DNA of 64,000 bases from Rhynchobatus australiae (lineage: Eukaryota), in the NCBI GenBank assembly GCA_034780895.1, contig JAUZTB010000127.1, positions 74,045,139-74,109,138 of the forward strand, in the 5' to 3' direction. Every line of letters begins with the position of its first letter. Within the stretch, counting starts at the first letter, position 1. The position numbers and the translations under genes were made by a program. This document shows positions 12,131 through 24,359 of this stretch, piece after piece. Below the pieces are notes generated by a model. It was given only the letters and a program-made list of their open reading frames with translations. It was not told where the DNA came from and searched no databases.

Positions 12131-13885
12131 ATGGTCTCCATGATGGAGCTGGCCAAGTCTACAACCCTCTGCAGCCTCTCTCGATCCTGCACATTGGAAC
12201 CTCCACAGCAGGCAACAATGCAACCGGTCAGAATGCTCTCCACTGCACATCTGTAGAAATTTGCAAGAGTCTTTGGTGACATACCAAATCTCCTCAAACT
12301 CCTAATGAAGTGGAACCACTGGCGTGCCTTCTTCGTGATTGCATTAATGTGTTGGGCCCAACATAGATCCTGAGATGTTGACACCCAGAAACTTAAAAGC
12401 TGCTCACCCTTTCCACTGCTGACCCCTCAATGAGGACTGGTGTGCGTTCTCCCCCTTCCCCTTCCTGAAGTCCACAATCAATTCCTTGGTCTTGCTGACG
12501 TTGAGTACAAGGTTGTTGTTGAGACACCACTCAATCAGCCAATCTATCTCACTCCTGTATGCCTCCTCATCGCCATCTGAGATTCTGCCAACAACAGTGG
12601 TGTCGTCAGCAATTTATAGATAACATTTGAGCTGTGTCTAGCTACAGAGTCATGAGTGTAGAGAGAATAAAGCAGTGGGCTAAGCACGCATCCTTGAGGT
12701 ACGCCTGTGTTGGTTGTCAAGGAGGAGGAGACGTTACTACCGATCCACACTGACTGTTTTTTCCTGGTGAGGAAGTAGAGGATCCAGTTGCAAAGGGAGA
12801 TAGAGGCCCAGGTTCAGAAGCTTGTTGATTAGTACTGAGGGGATGATGGTGTTGAAAGCCAAGCTATAATTGATAAACAGCAGCCTGACATGTTTTGCTG
12901 CTGTCTAGGTGCTCCAGAGCCGAGTGGAGAGCCAGTGAGATTGCGTCTGCTGTAGACCTGTTGTGGTGGTAGGCAAATTGCAGCATGTCCAGGTCCTTGC
13001 TCTGACCAACCCCTTAAAGCACTTCACACAGGTGTGTGCGCTACTGGGCAATAGTCATTGCGGCAGCTCACCCTGCTCTTCTTGGGCACCAGCACCCTTT
13101 TAAAGCAGATGGGAATCTCCAACTGCAGCAGTGAGAGGTTGAAGATGTCCTTGAACACTCCAGCCAGTTGGTCGGCACAGATTTTCAGTACCTGCCAGGT
13201 ACACCACTGGGGCCTGATGCCTTGCACGGTTTCACCCACTTGAANNNNNNNNNNNNNNNNNNNNNNNNNNNNNNNNNNNNNNNNNNNNNNNNNNNNNNNN
13301 NNNNNNNNNNNNNNNNNNNNNNNNNNNNNNNNNNNNNNNNNNNNNNNNNNNNNNNNNNNNNNNNNNNNNNNNNNNNNNNNNNNNNNNNNNNNNNNNNNNN
13401 NNNNNNNNNNNNNNNNNNNNNNNNNNNNNNNNNNNNNNNNNNNNNNNNNNNNNNNNNNNNNNNNNNNNNNNNNNNNNNNNNNNNNNNNNNNNNNNNNNNN
13501 NNNNNNNNNNNNNNNNNNNNNNNNNNNNNNNNNNNNNNNNNNNNNNNNNNNNNNNNNNNNNNNNNNNNNNNNNNNNNNNNNNNNNNNNNNNNNNNNNNNN
13601 NNNNNNNNNNNNNNNNNNNNNNNNNNNNNNNNNNNNNNNNNNNNNNNNNNNNNNNNNNNNNNNNNNNNNNNNNNNNNNNNNNNNNNNNNNNNNNNNNNNN
13701 NNNNNNNNNNNNNNNNNNNNNNNNNNNNNNNNNNNNNNNNNNNNNNNNNNNNNNNNNNNNNNNNNNNNNNNNNNNNNNNNNNNNNNNNNNNNNNNNNNNN
13801 NNNNNNNNNNNNNNNNNNAAGGTTTCACCCACTTGAAGGATGTTCTGACGTCGGCCTCCAAGACAGAGATCAAGGGTCATCGCAG
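12131..13885 (-). mobile_element. Rex1/Babar-type LINE RT fragment nested in CR1 (spans an assembly gap)
   Basis: [63 protein letters not shown] (DUF1891-like); frameshifted. Confidence 0.9.
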
Positions 13886-13889
13886 GGCA

Positions 13890-14454
13890 GCTACATTCCA
13901 ATTTTATGAAACTTTGGTTAGGTCTCAAGAGGAGAACTGTGTGCAGTTCTGGATGCCACAGTGCTAGACAGGGTGCAGAGGAGATTCACCAGGATATTAC
14001 CTGGAGTGGAGCATTTCAGTTACGAGGAGAGACTGGAGAAGCTAGGTCTGTTCTCCCTGCAGAGGTGGTGAAGAAGGGACATGATCGAGGAATACAAAAT
14101 TATGATAGGTATAGAGGGGATAGAGTACCAAAAATGTTTCCCCATATGAGGGGTAGACAAAAACAAGAGGATTTAGGGGTAAGGGGGAAGAGATTCAGAG
14201 GGACATGAGGGGAAACTTTTTCACTCAGAAAGTGGTATCTGCAAATCACTGCCCAAGAGATTGGGTGAAGGTGGGATTGTGAACAGCATTTAAGTCTCTA
14301 GATGAGCACTCGAATTGCTTAGATATTTGGGCAATGTGGTATGGGGCCAAGTGCTGGATTAGTACAAGTGGGTTCCCACTGCTCAGCATGGATGTAGTGG
14401 CCTGAATGGTCTATTTCCATGGTGAATATTGCTACAAATTTATTCTCTATGACT
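13890..14454 (+). mobile_element. CR1 LINE 3' part resuming after the nested element
   Basis: QFYETLVRS..ENCVQFW, RVQRRFTRI..., SYEERLEKLGLFSL; 3' UTR ending in CTCTATGACT. Confidence 0.85.
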
Positions 14455-14632
14455 TTCCTCTTTCATAAAAAGCTATTAGAAGTCATCATTCAGTGAAACC
14501 ACACCATTGCTTTAAGGATTACTTTCGTTAAAAGCGAGATGTACACACTGATTAACTTCATCTGTAATGGAGTTTGGCCTCACAGGTGGCTGTTGCTAGG
14601 GCAGAGCACAAACCAGCAGCCTTGTATTATTG
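14445..14632 (+). repeat. Copy 2 of the ~185-bp direct duplication
   Basis: Colinear with 11661-11845. Confidence 0.9.
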
Positions 14633-14984
14633 GTTTACACACTTTCAGTCAGATTTAGTTAAAATCTCCTATTCAAAAAACAGGATCCCTGTGATCAGCT
14701 GCCAGCATTCTATTTAAAACTAAAAGTGCGTCCATTTCAGAAAGGGCGTTGCTGCATTGGAATTCCAGTCCATGGATTAGGGTATTTTTGGCATTAGAAT
14801 GATATGTTTACACTTAACCACTCCCTTCCCATTCCTAAATTCCCCCTCTCCCTCCACAGCTTCCTTGTAATCCTGAATTCATGTTGGAGGTTTGCCCGTT
14901 AAACCAGCTGGAGTAGATTTCATTCAAAATGCAAAAATAAAAGGAATGTTCCTTTCTTTCTTTGGTGTGCTACCACCCAGGGAC

Positions 14985-15770
14985 CATCATCTTCTTCTCT
15001 TTCCTCTTCGGCAGTTCCATGGGGCTGGGGCGGACTTGCTTCCACTCCAGTTCTAAGCGTTTTAAGGTGGCTGCTAGGCTAATGAGAGATGCACAGACTA
15101 TGCCACAGGTGGGGTAGGAGGTGGTTGACAGGTAGGTATGTGGGTAGTTTATGCACTGGTATGCTCCTTCAACCATTTCCATTGGGCTTCTGTGTGCTCA
15201 CAGTGCATGGACTCAAGGTTCTCAATACCACTCCAAATGCTCCTTCACTATTTTGAGCAGCCATGGCAATATTTTCCATGAGCCTGTGAGGATGAAAATC
15301 GTTCTTGAAGGGCTCTGAGAACATCCATAAATCATTTTCTCTGTCTACCTTGTGATGCAGGTCAGAGGAGTGCCTGCTTTGAGAGACTAGTGTCAGGAAC
15401 ATGAATAACTTGGCCTGCCCACTGGAGCTGACAGTGTAATGAGAGGCTTGATTCTTGGAATGTTGACCTGAGAGAGGACTCTGATTATTGATTCGCTGAT
15501 ACAGTGTTGATGGTACTTCTCCAGTGCTTTAAAGTGCTGGTTGCAGGTGGTCCATGTCTCAGAAGCTCACAGGGATCACTGCCGCAGGGCAGACCATGAG
15601 TTTTCTGCAAGGTTTGATGATCTTGATTTTCAAACATTTCCTCAGATGTCAATAGTGATTTTCAAGATCACTGCATGCCTTCAGTAGCAGGTAGCTCCAA
15701 AGATTTGGGAAGTAGTCCACATTTTCCAGAATTTCAATGTGGACCTTTATTGTTAAGAACTGGTATTGTT
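14985..15770 (-). mobile_element. RTE-clade (BovB-like) LINE 3' fragment
   Basis: Minus-strand ASETWTTCNQHFKALEKYHQHC, degenerate C-terminal zinc knuckle YPTCGIVCASLISL, and a GAA-rich tail. Confidence 0.8.
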
Positions 15771-16799
15771 CAAGTTGGTAGAGGACCTATGTTTTTCATT
15801 TGTTATGTCTAAGAGCTATTTTGTGTGCTTCATTGAACGGTGTGGAGTTTGGCCTATTAGGGAAATTAACACAGACCAACAGTAGATCAGCAGGCTGTGA
15901 GTAATAAAAAAATGATTGGCCTCAGTGCCTCCAGTTAGTAATTCCAATTGGATTTATACCCATTGCTATCAAGTGAAAATGGATGAGTTCAGAACAAGGG
16001 TCAGACTCAGCTGTGATACCATCACAGTTGAACAGACTACTGGTCATTCTTGTTTGGGTTTACACAGGAAGACCAACGATTCTGAAGTAGTATTGGCTGG
16101 CTGCTCACATCCTCAGAACTGCACCCCGCAAGAGTCTGTACCTCCGCATGTACTTTAGGAGTGAAATCCTATCCAGGATTTACAAAATGGTTGAGCAATT
16201 TAACTTTCAGCTTAATCCACCAACAAACCAACGGGCATGTTGCAACGTGCATTATTGAACCATGCAAGGGTTAACCTAGCCCAGGCTGCAGGCACAAAAA
16301 ACAAATCACAGATAATTAGCAGGTGCGTTGAGCAACTGGTGCTAGACCAAAGAACAGACTTCTCAAAACAAGATATCAAATTTTAATTTCCTGCTGCTCC
16401 TTGCTGAGAACATTGACAGGACAGGAGTTTGAAAGACGCAGCCAGACAGTAAGAAGTCTTTACATAGTCGTGGAATGCGGCAATCATTTCTCTGGAATTA
16501 AAACCTGTAATTTATTCTGAGGCGAGCTGAACAATAGGGTAAATATGCCATCATANNNNNNNNNNNNNNNNNNNNNNNNNNNNNNNNNNNNNNNNNNNNG
16601 CTTTAACTCATTTTGAGTTCAAGGGATCTAGAAGCCCTGGGAATTCAACCATGGAGTTCACTGACAGGGATTAATACAAAATGGATTCCTTCTTTGCTGA
16701 AGCATTTTTTGCATTCTTTGTTTCCAGTGGTAATTTGCTTACCTATAACAGTTCAAGCAGGGATTTGAACAAGAGGGTCAACTTCAAGAAATTATTTTT

Positions 16800-17102
16800 A
16801 AACAGAGGGGAAGTGAGACAGAGGAGACGGCAAGGAAGGAAGGCCAGGAGGAGCCAAGGCACACGGAGAGAAGGGAAAGCTGGAGACTTGGACATACCTG
16901 GAGCGAGGGAAGCCAGAAACATGAAACTGCACGTGGAAAGACATAGGTGGCAAGAAAAAAAGAGGTTGCAATGAAAAGGAAAGGTGGGAGTAGAGAGAGG
17001 TAGCAGGAAGAATGGAACAGGAAAAGACTATTAGATGGAGCAAGACTGCAGGAACCAACAAGGAAAGATGGGAGAATGGAGGGACGAGGCAAGGAGAAAG
17101 AA
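16800..17102 (+). repeat. Purine-rich (GA) low-complexity tract
   Basis: Composition; accounts for the spurious ORFs at 16681-17199. Confidence 0.7.
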
Positions 17103-17269
17103 TGTAATTTCTGATCAAGAAAGCTATGATCTTTAAAACTTCCCACTTGATTCCACGAATCAAACTACAGGTGATATAGCAGGCAGAGAAAGCACCCAAT
17201 TTTACACCATCTTACTGTGAGAAGTTGCACAAAGATACCTTGCCAAGTTCATGATGATTCAATTTTTAA

Positions 17270-17380
17270 ATCATAGAGTCATGGATCAATACAGCACAGA
17301 TACAGGCCCTTCAGCCCAACCAGTCCATGCTGACCACAGCACCCACCCAACTAGTCCTAATTTCCTGCATGTGGCCCATT
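17270..17380 (-). mobile_element. CR1/HE1 3' tail
   Basis: TCATAGAGTCAT..ACAGCACAGATACAGGCCCTTCAGCCCAAC is the reverse complement of the CR1 tail. Confidence 0.8.
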
Positions 17381-18006
17381 GTAGTAATATTCACCATCTC
17401 CCTCCCAGAGTCAGCAGTGAGATTTGTTCCGATACTTACAAAAGTTAATGCAATTGGCTCGAGTGGAATGTTATCACATAATTGATCGTCTCTCACCAAA
17501 AACATTACTCTGCAGGTTTGAGTTGAGTTCCATTAACAGATCCATTGATGTAGATTCCCTGACTGACTACTCACGAGTGATCTAAGCAGAATGCTTCTGG
17601 ACTAATGTAATGTGTGAAATCCAAAATCCATCACTGAAGAATCAAAATTAAGGCTTCACGAGGTTCTATTCACAAGAAATCTCATTACATGCAAAAGTCT
17701 GAAGCCAGGTTCAGATGAGATCAGAGTTATTTTGGAGAGTGCAAGACAATGAATGTCACAGGAATCCTGGGGTTCACTGAAATCATTACATCTCTCATTA
17801 TATTTTTGATGAAACTTAGCAATGTGTGGGAGCCACTGAGAAACCTAGCATTTAAGAACACAGAATGGTGTCAGTTACACATTCACTGAGGCACGACAAA
17901 CTGCTGGAGGAATTCACCCTGCAAACACATTCCTCATAGTAGGACGTGGAACAGCAAATGTGCAGACTGGCTGCTTGATGCCTGCATATGGAAGTTACAA
18001 ACTTAC

Positions 18007-18110
18007 AGATTCTCACACTTGGCACGCACTGATAGAAAATAAGCTCCCGATAGTTGGACTTGAATTTGAAAGCTTTCACCAAGTCAAGCAGTAACTGAAC
18101 ATAGAGGGGT
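18007..18110 (-). other. Candidate 104-nt exon
   Basis: Acceptor cctttcttatccattctaactgtcag and donor TCT|GTAAGT; one open frame PLYVQLLLDLVKAFKFKSNYRELIFYQCVPSVRI; not recognised. Confidence 0.2.
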
Positions 18111-19011
18111 CTGACAGTTAGAATGGATAAGAAAGGTATAATGCTCCATGGGCTAAAAGCAAACAACGAATCAGTATCCAATCTTCCCTTGTGCTAGAAA
18201 TACTACCTCTCCTTAATCATGTTGAATGAGAAAGGTTAAATAGTTTTAAAAGCAAATCAATTTGTCCCAGGAAAAGAGAGTGACTGCTGTATATTTTGTG
18301 AAGAAAGTTGATGGTGGAATGTTGTATAAAAGCAAGATAGAGTTATTTGGGTTCCTCCAGTTTCTAATATACTTGTTTCATGATCAAGTGCAAATATCCA
18401 TTTGAGAAGGAGAGACAATGCATGCAGTCTGGAATTCCTCCTGCTTCAGATTATTCCCTTGTAAATAGCAGAGACCTTCATCAATCAAATCTTTGCAGGA
18501 GTGCTAGGAGATTTTGTCATCTGGTCAAACTCTATCAGCACTTTTATTTGTACAACATCTTCATCTGTTCATATGATAGCAATTCAGTTGTGATTGCTAC
18601 CACAGGAACAACACTGGCAAGTGGGCCTGAAGGTTAATGGGTATGTTTTCTTCTTCTTCTTTCTGAATTAGAAAACTGATGCTCCAGAAACTGTTCCACA
18701 GTCTGCAAAGTTCTTATTGATGTTACTCGGGCAGAATCTGAAGCTGTGTGGGACAAGAGTATTTGTCAAAATAGCAGGTTTTTCCATGAACTCAAGTTGA
18801 ATGCAACTTTTCATTGACATATCCTCATCTCCACCTTGTCACTGTTTTTTTTAAGCAATGCTGTAATTTCCCAAGTCTAAAGAGGGAAAAGGACAGATCA
18901 AGGCTGGAGATGGCTGAGCCATGACTCTTTACGGCACTCTCCCTTTCACAAAGTTTTAGTTCCAAATTCCCCAGTGCAACATCTTAAAAAAAAAACTTAG
19001 TTTATGCTCCA

Positions 19012-19250
19012 AGGTAGTACAGAGGGAATGCTGCAATCTGTGTTGGAGATGCTACTTTTTATGCAAAATATCTACTCTCTCAATTTTGAAGAGTAGAGGA
19101 GTTCACCATGACATCTTAGTAATACTTACTCCTCAACAGACTGCTAAAACCTAAATGATTTATCATTTGCTGTTTGTATGAACTAAATTGGCACATAAAG
19201 CACTGGCAAAGTACCGGCATTGTGAAACGCACTATACTTGTGCAAGTCTA
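19012..19250 (+). mobile_element. Old Deu-domain SINE fragment
   Basis: GTACAGAGGGAATGCTGCA, TTTTGAAGAGTAGAGGAGTTC, TATCATTTGCTGTTTGT, L2-like end. Confidence 0.6.
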
Positions 19251-19949
19251 TCCTTCAAGTCATTTAACTTAATGACTTTTCATAAAAATATGTAACTCAT
19301 AAAACAAAGAACATATACATTCTTTTCTAAAAGTGTTTATTTCACAACAGTACACATCCTACTCAAATCCAACCACGCAGCTTCAAATTAGGCAAGTCGC
19401 ACCTATCCACCACATCCCTTGGACTTGCGCCCCAATACAATATATACTGTGCTCCCTTCAGCAAAGAGAACATTCCATTGGTTATTCATCTGAGAAGTGC
19501 ACATGTAGCAGAGCCAAGGTGGCAGTCAGTCAATGTCGCCGTTACACACAGTCAACCTGCCCTGGCCATGCAACAATGACACTACCATTAACACACCATA
19601 TGTCAATACACCAGTGATTGATAGGCCACCCGCTGTTTACAAACATCTTCCAGGAGCAAATCATTACAAAAGTATTACTTTTGTTTTAAATATGTAAACA
19701 CAGAGGAGAGTTAAATATGTGATTTATATTGTTTATTTTTACAGGAAAGCAATGTATAATGGGTCTAGTGCAAAGAGTGAATTGGTGAAAGCCCTGGGTC
19801 TCCGAGACCAGAGCACACTGAGTCTTTTGTTTCCTGCACTCCAGATGTGCTTCATCCTTACTTCACCCATTTTGAGACAGGTCCAGCAGAAACATTATCT
19901 TGAAGGGAAACTAGAGGCTAAAAGCATGAATTTTATGAAAAGCACCAAG

Positions 19950-20240
19950 CAGCAAATACAGAAAGGAAGAATCAGAGTGAGCATGCTGGAGCAAGAGCAG
20001 ACAGATGGAGGTGTGGGGCAAGAGACTGACAAACTGCAAGGAAGAGTGAAGGCAAAAGGGATAAAAAGAATAAGAGTAACACAGTTAGAGAACAAGGATG
20101 ACTGACCAGGAAAATAACAGAAGAGATAATGAGGGAGGACAAAGGGGCTCAAAAGGAGGAGTCAGAGAAGCAAACAAGAGGACAGAGATAAAGGAAAAGT
20201 CAAGAAAAGCATTTAGAAAAAGAGAGCTTCACAGGAAGAC
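19950..20240 (+). repeat. Purine-rich (GA) low-complexity tract
   Basis: Composition. Confidence 0.65.
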
Positions 20241-20734
20241 AAACCAACTCCCACCTTATCACAGACACAGCGTATATGAATTGAAATTTTATCTTCTCAT
20301 CTTCTTAAAATTATGCTAAGGAAATGTCATCAATACAAATCATATTCCCTCCCATCCAACATCCATACAGGGTTAGACTCCAGCACAAGTAACTTGATAG
20401 CAATCAGTATGGGAAATCTGGCAGGCATTTCCCCTCTGGCCCTCTAGTGCCAATTACACTATGAACTTGTCTGAGACCACTCAGTAAATCCATTTCTTAG
20501 GGTGAGCTAATGAACTAACATTAATGAACTAATGTGAAGGTTCTGTTGCTGAGATTCTTTGCACATTGGGCACTAATGTCTGGATTATGTTAATAGCTGA
20601 TCTAGCCAGGTCAAGTGGCCGCAACAAATTAAGGCTGATCATTAGCAGATAGGAACTTGCCCCAAACTTTGTATTTCTCCAGCTCTATGCATCCAAGTGC
20701 ATTCTCCACCAAAATTTCCAAATGTGCTGCATCC

Positions 20735-21101
20735 AAAGGATACAGCATACAGGATAGATCAGTTGGAAATTTGGACAGAGAATTGGCATGTGGAATTTAA
20801 TCCAGACGAGTGTGAGGTGACACATTTTGGGAGGTCAAATGCAAGAAGAAAGTACACAGTGAATGGCAGGAGCATTAGCAGCACTGATGTACAGAGGGAT
20901 CTTGGGGTGCAAGTCCACAGCTCCCTGGAAATGGCAACTCAAGCAGATATTGTGGAAAAGAAAGCATATGACATGCTTACCTTCACTGGTCAGGGCATCA
21001 AGTATAAAAGTTGGCAAGTCACGTTGCAGATGCATAAAACTTTGGTTGGGTCACATTCGGAGTATAGTGTGCACTACAAGAGGATGTAGAGCATTTGGAG
21101 A
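20735..21101 (+). mobile_element. CR1 LINE ORF2 fragment
   Basis: IDQLEIWTENWHVEFNPDECEVTHFGRSN..YTVNGR..QRDLGVQVHSSL; ends at an assembly gap. Confidence 0.9.
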
Positions 21102-23434
21102 NNNNNNNNNNNNNNNNNNNNNNNNNNNNNNNNNNNNNNNNNNNNNNNNNNNNNNNNNNNNNNNNNNNNNNNNNNNNNNNNNNNNNNNNNNNNNNNNNNN
21201 NCCACAATTTTCTACTTACTCAGTCTACAACAGAAAAGACTTCAAGACTTCAGGTCCTGTACAGCCAGAATAACTGATGGGGAGCATTCACCTGGAAACA
21301 GGATTACACTGTGCAGCTAAAGATCTACTTAATGGCTGCCCATCATGGATCAGAGTTTCCTGGACTTTTTTGGCTTCTGTAACAGAAGAGTTCTCATTTT
21401 CTGAAATACAGTGGGAGTAGTGAGTTTGAGGAGTTGGTAGGGAGAAAAGAAAGTCACTCACAGGAAAACTTAAAGCCCGTCAGGTACACTATGTTTGAAT
21501 AAATCTGAATCATCTTAATGAAGTTCAATAACTTAAATTAAATAAAGAGGAATCTTGAATCCAGTAACAAAAATCAATTGTTATTTTTGTTTAAGTTCCC
21601 TCTTTTGAAGATGGCTACAAAAGCTGCCTTGGAATCAATCTGTTCAATTGTACAGAGGCAGAACCGACACGAATGGTGATCATCCAAGCTCTTTCAGATT
21701 GTGAAATCACTGAGGTACACTGTCGATCATCAGCATAATCGATTAGAATCAGTCCAAGAGTTTTACCGAGAGGCACTCTTGGTAGCATAGCAACATGCAG
21801 TTAGAGCAGCAGGAATGGGAGGCAGAGACAGAGCAATGGTGGTTATTTCAGAAGCACACCCGAGAGTGGGAGACCAAGTGTTCAAAACCTCTGGTTCAGA
21901 ATCCTGGACTGGATTTCAGACAGACTTGAAACAGCAAAACCAGAGTTCTGTTGCATCAAAAAGCACCATCATGGCATTCTAACTTGGCCACATCAGCAAA
22001 AGTGGTGAAATCCTCAACTTTCCATTCCATCCACAACTAAACAGCCAATTTTTGAAACATTAATATTTTAAAATTATAATGAGATGTTAGTCCAGCAGCC
22101 TTTGGACTTTCACCTGGAAGTTTTATTAAAACAAGGCAAGACACAGCAGTTAAACATTTTAATCGGCACTGGTTAGCCACTGACCTCTAATTAGGGCCAA
22201 GCAGAAAAATACGAAGAACTACATTTTGACAGTGCATAGGCAGACTGCAGTTGGCTCAGTGGGGTGGGACAGAAGGTCAACAGATTTTTGTCTATTATCA
22301 AGATTTTGCACATTTTCAGATTTATTAGTGTAAATAATGATTTCTACAATGACNNNNNNNNNNNNNNNNNNNNNNNNNNNNNNNNNNNNNNNNNNNNNNN
22401 NNNNNNNNNNNNNNNNNNNCGTGGGCCAATATTTACAGAGAACCCCTCGCATTCAAAAGTTTGTACAATATTCACTTAACCGAACAGCTTAAGGAGCGGA
22501 TTTCACCATTCCAGCCAGCAAAATGCTGCTCCTTTCTTCCCTCTCTCTAACAAGTGTATTATTTGTGTGTATAAGCAGCAACAAGGCTCCTTGGACACTT
22601 CAGCTTCCACCAGTTCCACTTCATCCCTTCTTTCTTTCCTCACTGCAAGAATTCCCGGTCAGATGCAAAATGGCAAACATTATAACGGGCTTTAGAAATG
22701 TACTGGTGGGGATCCAGGATTAATGCACAGTAAATATTCTTTTTCCCTTTGCCACTGAAAGACGAAGCATGGCACACAAGAGCTGATATCAAAAGGCAAA
22801 TAAAATCTGTAGTAATATTTTTAACATGCAAACCACAGCTAAAAAATCTTGTCAGTTACCCACTGAAGTTGACCTGAACATGAAGCCTCTTTCACAGGCA
22901 CTTGGTAGTTAAATCATTTTTATTTTTAAATTCAGACTAAAAAGATAACTTTCTTGCCAAGTATTACGAGAGCAGAACTGCACATCCAAACACACCCACG
23001 CTTCTTCCATCTACTCCTTTCTCTGCTGAAGTTGACTTCCAACAGGGAGCCATTCCACAGGGGCTAGCATCTCTCCAGAACTTACCCAAATGCCCAAACC
23101 TAGGCAAATAGGAAGTGCCTGCAGTGCAGTGCTGCATTCATACATGGCTCACAATCTTTGCAACACAAGTGAATGAAAGTGTCCCCCAGAACAGTTGGTC
23201 AGAAGAGGAACAAACTGGAGGGCAATGAATATATTCCAGGAAGTAATGAACTCAGAAATAGCACTCAACACAATACAACGTCTCACGGCAACGTCACCTT
23301 GAACTTTTATATCACAAGTCACCATGGCAATGCATTCTGGAGCAAAATGATATTTTTTTAATTTTGCCACACTACCTGCAGTTTTTTTTTTAAACCGAGT
23401 TCATCCAACAGTGGACTTGCCTGTGACACCTGGA

Positions 23435-24359
23435 ATGGTAGCGCAGAGATTACGTAACTGGATTAGTAACCCAGAGGCATGGATTAATCTCAAATCACAC
23501 AACAGCTGGAGAATTTCAAATCAATTAATTAAATTTGGAATAAAATGCTAATACCAGTTATGGCAGCCTTGACACTACCACATCATTGTGAAATCCCATG
23601 TAATTCACAAATATCCTCTGGGAAAGTAAACACGCCATCTGCATCTGGTCTGCGCCAATATTCAGCCTCAAGTTGACTTTTACCTACACTCCAAAATGGC
23701 CTAGCAAGTTATATGAAGCTATTACGAACAAAAATGCAATAATAAAGAATAAAATTTGTCACATAACCTGGCATTGACCCATGCCGCAAAAGCTCAAGTA
23801 AGCCAGGTGATCCTGAAGTCTTCCTTAATAATACAAGTGCATTTGTACAAAATAGGGGTGGTTCACTACAGACAGGCAAGATGATAAGCTTGATACAGAC
23901 AGACTCAAACATCCCATACAATCTCAGAATGCCCTCTATCCCAATAGGATAGACCCTGTAGAGGTGGTGGCACTGTGGAAACAGGCAGGAAGGAGTCTTC
24001 AACATCAACTCAGGATCTCCCAAAGTCTCATTATATCACATCAGATAAAGGCACAGAATTCACCTGCTGAGTCTCATCTACTGCCCTTCTTCAGTTGATG
24101 AATTTGTACTTCTCCATGTGGAGTATCATTTGGAAGAAGGTAGGTAGAAAGAACACAATCTATTCTGGAAGGAGAACTCACCAGGAGTGGCTCGGTACCA
24201 TTACTTCTGGCCAAAGCTTGAAAGTGACAGCTACTGGATTCAGCCAACAACAGATTATGAGAGAATCAAATGGGAAATGAAAAACTTACCTGAACTCTCT
24301 TCTCACCAACCAATTACAGGCACACCAGTCCATAGCAGTGTTAATAAGATTACTCAGTA
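23435..24359 (+). mobile_element. Old CR1-group LINE, 5' part: tRNA/SINE-like head followed by APE endonuclease remnants
   Basis: Head aligns to the SINEs at 7850-8198 and 28815-29165; downstream DRPCRGGGTV, IYCPSSVDEFVLLHVEYHLEEG, HQEWLGT..., ..LTN motifs of the APE domain. Confidence 0.7.

Noticed and set aside
13228-13837. GGTTTCACCCACTTGAA repeated across the long N gap, and the 200+ aa ORFs spanning it
   Set aside because: The LINE reads continuously if the gap is collapsed; the ORFs are mostly X
21610-21790. Protein-like reading MATKAALES...YREALLVA
   Set aside because: Internal stop and no recognisable family
24284-24292. Perfect minus-strand donor CAG|GTAAGT
   Set aside because: Lies in the antisense of a LINE endonuclease remnant with no usable acceptor
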